From Somniosus microcephalus (Eukaryota), in NCBI GenBank assembly GCA_052327205.1, contig CM126207.1:201748001-201812000 (forward strand): a stretch of 64,000 nt of DNA, given 5' to 3'. Position 1 is the first letter of the stretch. Each line of letters starts with the position of its first letter. The notes under the pieces are model-generated. The model ran no database searches, was not told the origin of the DNA, and was given only the letters and a program-made list of their open reading frames with translations. The translations under genes and the position numbers were made by a program. Positions 37,820 through 51,574 of this stretch are shown here, in pieces.

Positions 37820-38775
37820 TGACAGCAACTTGTATTTATATACTGTAGTGCGTTTAATGGAGACAAAACATCCCAATGTGCTTCACGGAGGTGTTTAAAA
37901 AAAAAAAAAATAACAGATGGTGAGCCAAAGGACAAAAGATTAGGAGGAGTGATCAGAAGCTTGGTCAAAGAGGGTGGCTTTAAGGATAATCTTAAGAGGG
38001 GATGGTTATAGAGAGAACCTCAGTGTGTGGCCCAGTTCACTGAAAGCACGGCCACCAGTGATGGGACAAAGGAGAGGGAATACACAGCGGACTGGAGTCA
38101 GAGGAAAGGCAAGGTTGGAGTTGTAGCGCTGGAGGCGGTTACAGTGATGGGGAGGGATGAGGCCATGAAAAATTTTAAACACAAGGATGAGATTTTTTAA
38201 TTTGAGGCCTTGGGAGCTGATGTAGATCAGTGAAGACAGGGGTGAAAGGTGAGTACGAATTGGTGCAGGATAGGACCAGTAGAGTTCTGGGTGAACTGAA
38301 GTTCACAGGGATTGGAGAATGGGAGACTTGCCAGGAAAGCATTTTGGTTATCAAATCCAAAGCTATGAATGAGGATTTTTGTAGCAGATGACCTGAGGTG
38401 GGGGCTGGAGACAGTGATGTTATGGAGGTGGAAGTAGGTGGTTTTTGTAATTGAGAGGGTATGGGTATGGAGCTGGAAACTTACTTTGGGGTCAAACAGT
38501 GTGCTATGTGTGCGAACAGTCTGGTTAACCCTGAGACATTGATCAAGTAAGGGATGGAGTTGGTAGTGAGGGTGCATAGTTTGTACTGGGGGGTCAAAAG
38601 CTGGCAGAAATTATGATTCAATCAGGACTGGATGTTAAACGGGCAGTCTGATGGCGCAACAGCAGTGGAGGGGTCGAGGGAGGTAGAGCTGTGTCACCAG
38701 GGAGGGTACATGTGGAAGCTGACCCCATGTCTGCAAGGGCCAGCAAGTAAATGAGCAAGAGGAGGATGCCAAGAC
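37820..38775 (-). mobile_element. L2-clade LINE 3' fragment
   Basis: Antisense to 51575-52520 (caacttgtatttatata tail; KTTYFHLHNI). Confidence 0.75.
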
Positions 38776-38959
38776 TCTTGTATAGCTATTTGCAGCTCCT
38801 TTTATTTCTCTAATGTCTCTTTTTCAGTGATTCTGTATTATTTAGATAAGTTTTGTTTCCACTGATGTGTCCTCGCTGTGTTTGTTGGTTTGTAATTTAA
38901 AAATATGTATTCACCCTTTTTTCTGATTGGATTCAATTGCCAGTTCATCTCTAATTTTT

Positions 38960-39205
38960 CGGTTCTAAAGAAGGGTATGTAACTGAAATGTGGGCTCTGT
39001 TCTCTCCATCGATGCTGATTACCCTGTTGTGTTCCTCCAGCCTTTTCTGTTCTATTATAATGGGCGTGCTTTCAGTGGCCTTTTTGTCAGAACAAACTTC
39101 AGTTCTTGTGAAAGATCTGCACTTGAAATGTTAGCCTATATTTTTGTTTACAGATGCTGACAGACTGGCTGTGTATTTCCAGCCTATTCTGTTTTTATAT
39201 CAGCT
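38960..39205 (+). mobile_element. Two tandem degenerate Penelope-related short repeats
   Basis: Two units of gttct...gaa...ctgaaatgt...gatgctga...ccagcct..tctgtt. Confidence 0.5.
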
Positions 39206-39219
39206 TCCTTTTTTATCTC

Positions 39220-39410
39220 CAAGAAAGCACTCCCTACTGCACCAGTATGACACTACATTTTTCACACCAGCCATTCTGTGATCTGTCTGAGTGACACAGT
39301 GCAAAATTAGGCCAATTTTATTCTGTGGGTTGAGCCTGCAGTAACTGATTTCACACGGGATCCTTACAGCCAACAGACAGAGACTTTCATTCCATCAGTC
39401 TGCGCCAGCC
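39220..39410 (-). mobile_element. Second, more degraded LF-SINE-like fragment
   Basis: Collinear with 21890-22095 (cact..ctactgcaccagt, tcacaccagccattctgtg, tttcacacgggatcc). Confidence 0.4.
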
Positions 39411-39828
39411 ATTGTCTGTGGTAACTGTTACCTATGTGACAACATTATTCTGAGATAAGTGAGTATAAAATCTCAATAACTAATTGCTAAACCACCTGAA
39501 CTTGTTTCAGATTAGCCAGAATAATGAATTAGTCAAGGCGATCGTTTGATTATTCTCTCTGTCCATGCCACAATGTAAAAAAAAAGGATTTTTCAATCTG
39601 GGGGAATATTTTCAGCCTAATCTTTTTTCCCCACCTAAAAAGTAAATAGTTTCAAAAGTCTTCTATTTTGTAGAAGAAATTATGTTTTTATGACCGTTCT
39701 TACACACTCTTGGAAAAATATTGTTATAGGTCTTCAGCTGATGCCAGCTATGGATCCTTGTCATTGAGCAGTATATTTGCATCCACGGCAAATAATCACA
39801 CACATTTTTATTTTTTATCAGTCTGGAA

Positions 39829-41031
39829 TAGGGTTGCGAAGGGGTGGAAAGTTTCCGGTAAATTTCTGGAAATTTTCCACGGGAAGTTTAGCTTGGAAAT
39901 TTTGGGAATTTTGCCCAAAAAAGCACATGCTAGCATAATATATACAGTATATATTTTTTGTATTTTTTTTTTCCACAGGTCCTCTCTTAAAATTACTAAC
40001 AGAGATGGAATCTTAATTATTAAGGAATTTCTTAATCAATATATGTTTATCTTCTTACTTAGCTTGGAGAGTAGTTAGCAGCCTTATACAACTCTCACCA
40101 GTAGCACCTGCAATTGCTCAGATTGAAGGAGATGACGCTGTCTTGTCAGATGTTCTCAGGCTTTTTGTTGATTTAAAAGAACAAATCAGTATTGCCCTAC
40201 CCACATCCCTGCTGCTCAAAGCAGAGGAGAAGGCAATTGTTCAATTCATACAGACACATCAAGAATTTTGTGTCAAGCCGATTCATGCTGCAGCATACAT
40301 GCTGGACCCAAAGCATGTTGGGAGACCAATACTTTCTGGAGAACAGATCAACAGCGCTTACAGTGTGATTTCTACCCTCTCACGCCACCTCAATCTGGAC
40401 GTGGGCAAAGTTCTCTACCAAGCAAGGTCTTTGGAATGGGGACGGGATATGGGAATATGCAAGCATATCAGTGCACATACCTGATGGAAGGGACTTTGTG
40501 CATCTGAGGTCCTGTCACCCATTGCATTGGTGATACTCCAAATCCCACCTTCATCAGCAGCCTCTGAACGAAACTGGTCACTTTTTGACTAACAAGAGAG
40601 TGGAGAAACTGGTGGCTATCAGGGCGAACCTACAACTTATTGAGCCAGATACAGAAGTGTCTACCACACAGCTAGACAGTGACACAGAGGAGGAAATGGA
40701 CACGCCAGAGTCAGGGAATCAGGAGGAGCAATGATGAGTAGAAGACTCAAAGGGACAAAATAAGGACAAATTACAGGCTAAATAAGCTGACACTTTTTAT
40801 TTTATTTTAGATGGGTCTTTTTTGTGGGGGTTCAATAAAGTTCAAAATTATAACCTAAATAAAGTTTTGAAAGCCTGTTTTTATTTGTATGGAACAGTAT
40901 GTCTATTTTGATGACAAAGGTAATATAAGGGTCAGAGACAAAAACCATCAGTGTGCAAAAACACTCAAAATTCCAGAAAATTCCCATGGAAAGTTTCCTC
41001 TTTTAATAATTCCCAGAATTTTGCAACCCAG
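39829..41031 (+). mobile_element. Internally deleted hAT DNA transposon with transposase C-terminal remnant
   Basis: TIR TAGGGTTGCGAA...TTGCAACCCAG; 8-bp TSD gtctggaa/gactggaa; ORF 40143-40484 (PIHAAAYMLDP), then LQIPPSSAASERNWSLF (hAT dimerisation domain). Confidence 0.85.
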
Positions 41032-44000
41032 GACTGGAAAATTCAACATCAACCCAACTGTAGGACTACACCCAGTCAGCATTCAATTTTCCAGTCTTGG
41101 ATACCCTAAGTGGGATGCAGTTCCAAAATAGACACACTTTTGCATTGGATCCTAAAGAGTTACTTGCTGTTGAAGGCTGTCAACTGAATTACACCTTTTG
41201 TAGCAAGTCTCTGACCTGAACTGCTATTTCTCTAGGAAGCTATAAAACATTAACAAATCCAATTTCTCCTACAAACATTTTTGAAGTAGAAAATGTCTGG
41301 CACTACAACACAATCCGTAGAGCTCTGATGAGCAGTATTGTGGAATAATATGTTGTGGGCTTGTGCTCAAAATTCCCTAAGCAATGAGTTCGAATTGAAG
41401 GATTTTACAGCACAGACGACCATTTGGACCATCGCACCTTGTCTGGCTTTGTTATTCATTTAGTCCCATCCTTGTCACGAATATACCAGCTAATGAAGGC
41501 ACTCGATAGAAGCCATGTGCTTCCTGATGAGGGAAAATTAGAGGCTCAGTCACCCCAGGCCACTCACATTTATTTGTAGTCATCTGTAGAGTAGTATTGT
41601 CAAAGGCTTGGGACCCAGTCTCCAGTCCATCCTCTCTGGTGCAAAGATATATGGTGTAGGCAGGGAGGGGTCTAGGAGAAAATAAATCATTTGCCCTTTG
41701 ATAAAGAGCATGTGTAATTCTAATCAGTTACTGTTTCTCTACTACACTTACTGAGTCGTCTTTCAACTTTGCTTCAAAAACATTCTGTACTTTGTCTCTC
41801 GCTCGCTGCCTGTCTCTTGCTCACTATCCGTCTCTCAATCCTCCTTTCTCCTTTTACAGGAGTTTTCTTGGCTTGATACAATTTCTTTTTCCATCTCTCT
41901 GATCTTTAAAATTTTATTTACCGTTCTTTCTTAGCCAGGCTTCGGCATTCATCCATGTGTACTGCGAGTCAGAGAGCTGGGGCCTGTTCACTTCAGTGTT
42001 CATGTTCTCTCACACGTTCAGATGTGGGATTGTACAGCAATCAAAGTAGATGCGAGACATTGCAGGTCATTCTGTTAGTTGATAAGCCAGTGTTGTCATT
42101 GCAGCTCATTAGAGCAGCTTTGTGGCTGCTGCCATTTTGAACGGAAAGTCACAACAAAACTTCAGAAGCTTTACAGTGCATGAATTCTGGAAGCTATATT
42201 ATACTGGCCAGGAGCTCGAGAACAAAATCCACAAATGGAAAACTCCCAAGAAATAGTTGGAAATTGGTAAAAGTTTACATGAAAGCAATTCTTAGTTTTG
42301 CAATGCAAAATGATGCGTGAGAAAAAAATGTCAGTTTCAAGTTTTTTTGAGCCCCTCTGCTACATTCATTATTGTTAAAGCATTGTAGTGGGATGGGGTG
42401 AGCTTGGCTGCAGAAGATCTGATTTAGATCAAAGATCCAGATTCAGAAATTTGTTCAAGCCATGAAACTGCAACTTTTATTGGCATCTAGTTTGAGTGCT
42501 CAGAATAGCTGGTAATAGACTCCTGATGATTGCTAGCAGTATTCAGCTGGCTGTGGGATTCATTACTGCTGTACAACCTGAACTCCACTTTGAAAATGGT
42601 TATAGACTGTTAGTATGCAGGTTTGTTTGATGGACAGACCTGGCCTAGAGCAAAGCCATTTTTTAAAAATGTAATCTTCACAGGCTTGCATCTTATCCAG
42701 AGCTAAAGCTATTTTGTTTTGTTTGGGGGGGGGGTGGGGGGTGAGAGAGCGTATTTGGTAACCAAATCCTGGCTTCACCAAGCCCCCCTCCAGTCAGAAT
42801 CCTCAGCATCATGGTTTTTTTAAGATCCCTGTGAAGTTAGTGTCTACACTATGATTCTTTCAAAAATATTGCCAAAATATCTACATCTATCTCCATGTTT
42901 GATGCAAACCTGTAAGATTGGTCATCATTCACTTTGAAAATAAAGAAGCCTATTGATGAATCTCAATTGTTGCACTTACTGTACTCGGACCATTCTGGTG
43001 CGGCTGATCAATAAGCAGGAGGATGCTGTGCTGACATGAGTTTTGACTTTTCCATAGCTTGCTTCTATAGCCATCCACAATGAGAGGCAGTCTCATAACT
43101 GCGCTGAATATTAAAATGCAGTAGTGAGGCAAACAGTAACTGGAGATGGCGTGATCTGCTGATGTCTGTCATGGACTGCTGCTTCAGAGTAGGTTGCGAA
43201 TAGGGTGTCGGGCTTTTTGCTTTTGCCTAAATAAACTGCCTTTGATTGTATGATACGATTATATGGGATTTACAATGGTAAAAAGACACTATCAGCAGGT
43301 CACACAAAGAGTGGCTGCATTGACCTTGCCCTCAAGCCTTTAATAAATCACAAGGGACAGACAAAAATCTTGCTAATAGGGATTGAGGCAGATGATGCAT
43401 TGGAGATGGTGGAAAAAGCCGGAAGGATAGTATTACCCACAGTGTGTGGAGAGAATAGAGGCGGGAGAATGGGGGGGGTAAATTCACGCTAATGACTTAA
43501 TGGTAGCCTAAAGCTGCTGCCAGGTCAGATTCATTAGTTGCTGACGTGGATCTGCAGACAGGCTGGCTTTGTACTGGAACATCAACTTGCTCAGCTGCAG
43601 CATGACAATAAAAGCTGCTGTGTCATTGGCATGGAGGATGGGGACAGAGGGTGACATTGATGTCATTTATGTTGAATATATTATGAACATTTTTCCAATT
43701 TTAACAAGCTTCCTTAATTTCTAGGAAGCTGTGATTTTTGACCATTGCACACACTAATGCTCTTTGCCTCCCCCCTCCCCCCCCCCCCCCCAAACCTCCA
43801 TTGAATTTAATTGAACCTGAATACGCTCTCTATTTAAATGTAGTATTTAGCTCGCATGTGCTGACATACCTTAGTTATGGAGAGGACAAGGAACGAACAT
43901 GGTCTCTTACTTCCTGAAAGCAACATTTTTCTGAAATGATGTCCTTCAAATAAACCATTGTGTATGTCTTTGCATCCTTTTTGCAAGTTCTCATTTGCAG

Positions 44001-47000
44001 CCCTCTGGCCCGTATATACCAGGAGTCTGGAGTTGCCTGAGTTAGCCATTTCCTCATGCTTCTCCTTATTGCAAACCAGGTTGTAGCGATGAAAGGACAG
44101 CACAGTAACCTATCTCAACCAGTCCCCTTCGCCTTCCCTCCCACCCCACCTCCCTTAAGCTGAGGAATGCTAAGGCTAGTTGTAAGGGTGGGGGATAGAG
44201 TTCTGATTTGTGAAGTTACATCCAATGGACTCCTGAACTTTCATAATTTCATATTTTGCTATAATATGGTCAGACTTTTCTCTAATGGACTATACAAACC
44301 TCTTTACTAAAATTATCTCTCATCCCCATCACCACTAAAGTTGTGATGGTCTGGAGCGGAGCTCTACCATGATAAGATTTACTCCTATTACTGCTCCCTG
44401 AATCTGTGATCAATATTTGATTGGTAACACTTGTGAGAAAATGCTTTATTGTCATTCTCAAGGTGAGGGATGTCTGTTATGGGCAATAGGAGTATTCCTT
44501 TTTAGATACCCAGTGTCCGCATCGAGCACTGAGGTCAGAGACCAGTAAGGCTTCCGCTATTCTGTCCAAATGTGCCGTAGTAGAACTGCAGTGGACCATC
44601 TACTGTATCAGTGACATTACTTGCACCACACCATCTTCTGAAGGAGACAGGAAGAACTTATAGGCAATTTTCTGCCCACTTGAAACTTGATAGGCTGAGA
44701 TAGAAAGCTTTATTTCATTAATCTTGACTGGATTCATACCAGATTTTAGAGATGAAAAAGCAGCATATTAACTGATATCGCCCAGTCTCCTCCACCCTCC
44801 CTCAATTCCTGTAAATATGAGTTTTCCCAATATTTGTGGATTCTAAAGATGGCATTTGCCCTGTAGCCTGGGGCTATGTAAAATATCTAAATGGCAAATG
44901 TTTAAAATCAAAATGAAGCTCATCCCATTTTGACTTCAGAAAAACACAGTTTCCACATTTGGGATATTTAAAATGGCTGGCAGTACTGACCTATCCTTGT
45001 GAATGGTCAGGAACAGCCAAATGTTACCCTGGAAATAAAAAAAAGTCTGACTTGCGATTCTCAAGTCAAGAATACATTAACTCTAAGCCATGTGCCTTTT
45101 TACACGTTAAATGTATTCTAAATTATAACAATTGATACTGTGACTGGCTGCAGAAATTCTGTTCTGATCTTCAAGTTTGCCTGTTGATTCTGGTAAAAGG
45201 AATTTTGTGTCTTTAGCACCGTACAATGACAACCGTATAGACTGGCTGGCTGGGATTGAATAATGAGGCTGTAATTTAAACCAAGGGTTCACATGATGCC
45301 ATAAATTCTGAGAGCAGCAAGTGCTGTTTATTGATGCCATCTGAACCCTGAAATTAAATTACAGTCTTATGCTCCCTAAAACCAATCCTGTTGTGTTTCA
45401 CAAGATATGCTGAACCTGTCTTTAGAAAAATAAAGCTATCATTCTGGCTGTGCTGTTGGTTTAGTGGGTGAGAAACTGCTGACATTGCTGCAGAATAATT
45501 GCACCATGAGATTCACAGTATAATTCGAATTATTTTTACCATTGTGTTGTAAATTGTTCTGGAATGAAAAGCTGTGCACAAATTACAAGACTTCATCTTT
45601 TAAATTGCATCAGCCGGCCCAGTTTCTGTGCATAAAATGGGTTAATACAGCTCTGTCGTTTTCAGTATGACATTACATATCATTTTTTCCCCCCAATTAA
45701 TAATTTTAATTTAAGAGCATGGCATTCACCCATGTAGTAGTTCAGTGGTTAAAATAAATGCAATGTAAATTTAAAAACTTGGCCCTGAAGGAATGGACTC
45801 GCACCGTCGACTATATGCATTTGTTAGCTGGGGAAAGTGCTTCACTCTGATCTGAATTGACTGAGTGCTGCTGTCTCTAGAAGTTTCTGTGGCTTTCTGC
45901 AATTTGATGACGGTGCCATTGTCTGATTGTATAGAATAAACTGGCCTGATTCTGATCATTGAGACTAACTCTCACTTTAGGTCTTGCCACAGCAGCTTTA
46001 CATCCAGATATAACCCCTAGTCTGACCTGCGAGGCATTGTTATTTACCTCGCTAGTACCATAATATCAATACATGGATAAATAGTCCAATAATGGGAAGC
46101 TGGGAAAATCACAGAAGCTATACTGTCCAAATCTGAATTAGTTTGGGATGAGTATCACCTTTGACTTAAAATCTTAAATCATTTTTTTTTCAGTAGCTGG
46201 ATTGCATATTGTAAATAGCACAAATAGTGTCAATGTTGACTGTGTAACATATGAGATCCTTTAGTTATGTTATTAAGTAACCTGTGGATCTCCATTAAAG
46301 AAAAATCCTACCAATTTAGTTTATATTCCAGTTTAATTTATAATCTACCTAATCTTTATCTTAAACCTACTGTGTTTATCTTAAGATATCTAGTGTAATA
46401 ATGCAGAGTTATCTGGTGTTTTATGATAGTGAAGGTTAACGTTTGCAATTTCCGCAGTATTACAAAGAATGTCATTGTAGAGCGAACACGGGAATGCACA
46501 AGATTATTTTTAATGCGGTATACGCTGCTGATTTTCAGGCTTGGAAAATGCAGATTGTAGCAAGAGAGCACAATCGTAGTTCTCATACAGCAACATGTCT
46601 GTGTGTTCCATATTGTGCTCAAATGGGCAGTGACTATTAATTCTGCTGCATTTCCCATCTGCGCTTGGCCAGCAGTTAGGAAAGACACTTTGTGATATTG
46701 GTGCTTGCTTAAATGGCGGAAGCTGGTCAGTCTTGCCGCTGGATAAAGGAAGGGAGAAAATGCTACATCTCTGCTCCATGCTTCATGACATATGCTAATA
46801 AAGGCTGCTAGCTTAAGAAAATAGCTTCACATCTGTGATTAAATTGTGTAGCTCCCAGTGTTGCTTGATTCTGCAGCCGCATTTACCTCATTAACAAAAC
46901 ATGACAGCTAAAAGGATTATTAGCCTGATTTCAAGGCAGGATGTCGGAAGTCATCAAAAATTCCCATTATCATAAATTGCAGTGGGCCAAGGGAGAAAAA

Positions 47001-49760
47001 AAAGGTTGAATCATCTTTCCTCCCACCCTCCCCCCCCTTCTCTCTCTCCTCCCCCCCCCCCCCATCAAATTGATATGGTACAGTCCTTTAACAATAAAAC
47101 AAATCCCTGTGTAACCCTAAAACCGTAGCACACATCAGAGCAGCCAGCTTCAGACTGCTGAGGTGGTTTTGGAATTCACATTTTGCAGTACTGTGGAATG
47201 GGTGAACTGCAGTGCATGCATTCGTGAAATAGACTCAGCTGATTGTCAGCTCCCTAGACACTGAGCTGCTTGTTAATTATGCTCCCGGACTGTTGACTGT
47301 ATCAACAGTTCTGGGAATCTCGGTGCTTTTTTTTTTGCTGTACAAGGGGGAGCTACAGCAACGAGATATACATTAGGCAGCATCAGAAACTGATCTGGAG
47401 TGTGAAGCACCCCAGAAAGGCCTTGAAGTGCATTAGCTGTATTATTAAGTAGAGCATTGCCGTACATCTGACAGAGCGAACTCCATCAAGTGCGTCCGTT
47501 GAACCCGTATTCGTTTTTTAAAAAAAAGAGGCACATTCTCCAGGTAAGGAAACTGATTTTTAAATTTAATTAGTCATACTGTAGCCATGTAGGAAGCGAT
47601 GTTTAACAAATTTAGGGTGGGGTCGTGCTGCGCCTTCCAGCCGAAAGCTTCGTGTTGCGTCGCTCTGCTTATCAGTTGCCATTTTCAATTGTTCTGTTTC
47701 AAGGAGTGTACTATGCAGTAAGTATAATGGACTGCTGTGTCTTGTAGTAATGTGAAATATGTATTTTTTTTAATTGTTTGGCTGGAGAAAGTATTCATTT
47801 GGATGCATATAGTAAGTCCTTTAAATACAATTCTTTGTCCAGGTTTTCTGATGACTGTGGAAATGGCAGCTGTACAGATGCTGGACCAGTAGCATTAATC
47901 CTGCTCCTTCATTCACTTCAGCTGATTTTCCTTAACCCTCTCCACTTTCCTCCTTATTTTTAATCTTCCCCGATTGTTGCACATCCGTAAACTGTATTGA
48001 TGACTCGGACTGCTAATGCCATCTTTGCCCCCTTTATCTATGTCTTTTGTTTCCTATTTTAGTACTGAACTGTTTTCTTCTGGTCTAGTACATTAGGAAA
48101 CCTGACCAGGATGACGATGCCTGGTATTAAATGTGCCTATGCAATTCCACTGTTGCCTTTTTAAGTTCATCGATGAAATTTCGAATATTAAAGACTTTGT
48201 GTGAAGGTGTAGCCTCACGAAATGCATCATTTTACTTTGGTTATCAAATTGCAGCAATACTGAAGGGTTGAATTGATTCTAAATCTTTTAATAAAAAAAT
48301 AAAGTAATACAAAATGTTTTATTTTTTCATAATTATGTTCAAAAGTACAATCACTTAAAAGTGATTAGGCTTCGTATAATTTAGTCTCCTGCAAAAAATA
48401 ATGAAATTGAATCAGATGCCGCTTTAGGGTTAGCTGGTTATAAATGTGGATTGCTACGTATTGCCATTAGCACATGAGGTTGTAAAATGGTCATTAAAAC
48501 TTGTAATTAACAACTTTTATTTGGTCAGTATGATTGTGCATTGTGACTATTTTCAGTGTCTTGGCGGCACTCCTCCCTTTTATTTTTAAAAAGTGTCCAT
48601 TCAAAGATATTCTAATTATCCATTGTTTCAAAGGACTTGCCACTGAAGACATGGGTGTGTCAAGTAACTGCGTCATATACAGCCTCTTTGCAGTTTGAAG
48701 CCATTTCTACATTTTTGCTTCTAGTGTATTTAGAAGATTAAGGAAACGCTGTTTCCATGTGTGAAGAACTGGAATGGACAAGTGTCTGGAGAAATTGCAG
48801 TTGCAATTATTATTAACCCAATTCTGATTTTTATAGTTTCCTTATTGCAATATTATTTAGAAACATACAGTACAAATTGATAACATGTGGATTAACACTA
48901 AAGTTATTTTAAAATTGTGCTTAAAATGTTCTAAAGTGCAGGAAATTGTGATTTTTATGTATATCACCATTTCCTGCACTATATAAAAACTTACAACTTT
49001 GCAGCATCATTCTTGCAATTGCTATGCCAAGGCATGAATCATTGTCCATTAGATGTCTGAGATGGGGTGGGGTCATTTGAATGATTGCTGCACCATTGAG
49101 CACATGCTGCACAGAGTAGGGGGCCAAATGAAGACAGCTCTACAGTTTGGGGGTGAGAAATGACAATGAAGATGATGATAAAGAAGCTAATTAGCAATTT
49201 TTTCCCACTTGTCATTTCCACTGATGTTCTCTATGCAGGTTAAGGAGCAACGGAGATGCCTGCAGAGAGAGACTGGTGGGAAGCTGCCGTTTCACCTCCT
49301 ATTTTTGCATAATAGTTTTTTTTTGTTCATGTCAGAATGGCAGCTGCTGGGTATTGCCCCAAATATGAAGCAGAGTAGAAATATGTTGTCTAAATAGACT
49401 AAATTCCCAATTCCACAGAGTAAATGAATGCGTTAAGCATCACTGGTTAAATGCGTAGGCGAAGGTAATTTTACATTCCTATTGAGAATGCCTGGTAGTC
49501 GGCTGCACTATAAGCTAATAGGTATTTAGCAGGATATAATTTTGGATTTTGCATAGTTGATGCAGTCTATATGTGTGACACAAATTACTCAAGGCATCTG
49601 TAGATAACTGCTTTCAGCAGGTTGATAATATGCTATGGATTTTGTTTAGCACCGTTCTCTGGATTTACTAATTATGCAAACTGTGCAGTGATGGTGAAGC
49701 CTGGTGTGACAGCATTTCAAGCACTGGCATGACACTGATGTGACTTCCTTTACCCTCTAG

Positions 49761-49823
49761 GGTTTTCTGAAGAATGAACGCGATAATGCACTGCTGTCAG
49801 CTATTGAAGAGTCCAGGAAGAGG
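49761..49823 (+). CDS. NUP93: Nucleoporin 93 coding exon (human exon 4 equivalent)
   Basis: ctctag|GFLKNERDNALLSAIEESRKR|gtaagt; 63 nt, phase 0/0; matches the vertebrate NUP93 N-terminal region. Confidence 0.95.
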
Positions 49824-50999
49824 GTAAGTGAAATTTTCCAATAGTATTTTAATAATGTTTTTTAACGATATCAGACTGCAAAATGCTATTTTGTTGGGAT
49901 CCACCAACCACAGTCAAAATGAAACAAAATCTATGGTGCTACATACGTGCAATACATGTACCCAATTTCTCTGTTTCCAATAAAATGGCAAAATGTTTTT
50001 GCTTGCAGTGGAATGGCTCAGAGCTTGGACACCTTTTTATAATATTGCTAAAAGAAACTTGGTTTTGATTTACTTTTGAATCAAGGTGCTTGGTCGTTTT
50101 TTTTGCAGATTGAGCCATATTCTTGGTGTTGTGCAATGCGCAGTAAATTTGAGGATCTAAAACTGTATGGTGTGGCGTATTAGCGGAACAATAATGGATT
50201 CACCCTATGCCACCATAGTTGAATGTTTGAGTCCCTGCGGTTGGTGGCGCGCACAAGCTCACTGCCCAGAATGTGGGAGCAGCTTTGTCAGTTCTCTACC
50301 AAGTCGCTAGGTGGCTTGTCTCATTGTACTGAAGAGCTGGCAATTGAGCTCCCTTGCTGCATTATAAATTGGTGTCAATTCAACACATCTGTAGAGCTGC
50401 ACTGATGTTGAAATCCTTGGAGAAGTCCATGGGCCCAATTTGCATGGTCTCTCCACCTATCGGCAAAGTTTGAATTGTATATAAACATATATGTGCGCAC
50501 ACATGCACCTTGACGAATCTGTAGATAATGAAAATATTCCATTTCCTGTCAAAAATAAGTAAATTATGCACAAACACCTATGGAAACATTCAAAAACACC
50601 TGGAATACAGTGCTTGGAAAGGACAAAAGAATGGAGCATGAGGGTGTTTGAAAGAGAACATTACCGAATTTTTTAAAACTTAAAAATTCATTCTCCATTT
50701 GCAAAATTGCGAAAAATTGTATCAGTTAAGGTTACAGTGCGGTTTAAGTAGTGAACAAAATGAATCACAATTTTTATTCATTGATTTCTAAACATTTTAT
50801 TAATTCAACTAAATTTAGTCCCATTGAAAGGAACTGAAACAGGAAACATTTGTTTGTAATATATGATGCATAAATTACAGATTTGAATTTCATTCTGCAA
50901 TATTTTCATTTTCCAAACCAAAAGGCTGCAGGAAGTATGTTCAAAAATATCTTTAAATAATGGCCTCATTTATTACCTGGAGCCGGCCGTGTTGAAACA

Positions 51000-51390
51000 A
51001 AATGTTTCCAATTCTCTCCTTTCCTCTCCTGTAACTGGTCGGCTCATACTGATTTATACTTCGACCGGTGCTCATCAGCCCTTTGGCACCTCGCCCAAGT
51101 CGCCATTCTTCACGTGTGAGTGCAGAGGAGACTTTGAGCAGTTGGGCGGCGTCACGGCTGAGCCCAATGTTGTCCTTACCTGATGCCCGCACACAAGCGC
51201 ACTTTCCAGCAGGGGTCATTGGAGAGCTGTCAGAAATGGGTACCATGGCTTGAAGTCTTTCTAGTTCTTAATCTCTGAACTCTTGAGGCTAATTGTAGAA
51301 CTATGGCGAAGTCAGACCAGAACAGAAATCAAAGCTGGAAATTAGAGCTAGCTCAATGCCTCACCAAGCAATGCATTTAACCTCTGAGCC
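51000..51390 (-). mobile_element. AmnSINE2-like ancient SINE
   Basis: ggcacctcgcccaagtcgccattcttcacgtgtgag...gcactttccagcaggggtcattgga is antisense to the family core. Confidence 0.6.
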
Positions 51391-51574
51391 AGCATGATGT
51401 CAAAAATTTATATTTAAGAAAAACATGTTTCTTGTCTTTTTAACCTAAATCTTGTCTATTTTGTCAGACATAATATTTCCTACCATCCTTTTGTCTTTGA
51501 ATGACAACATGTGTAAGTATACCAGTGATATTGAAGTTAATCACCTGCAATGGCTTTTCTTCCCACTCCTGCAT

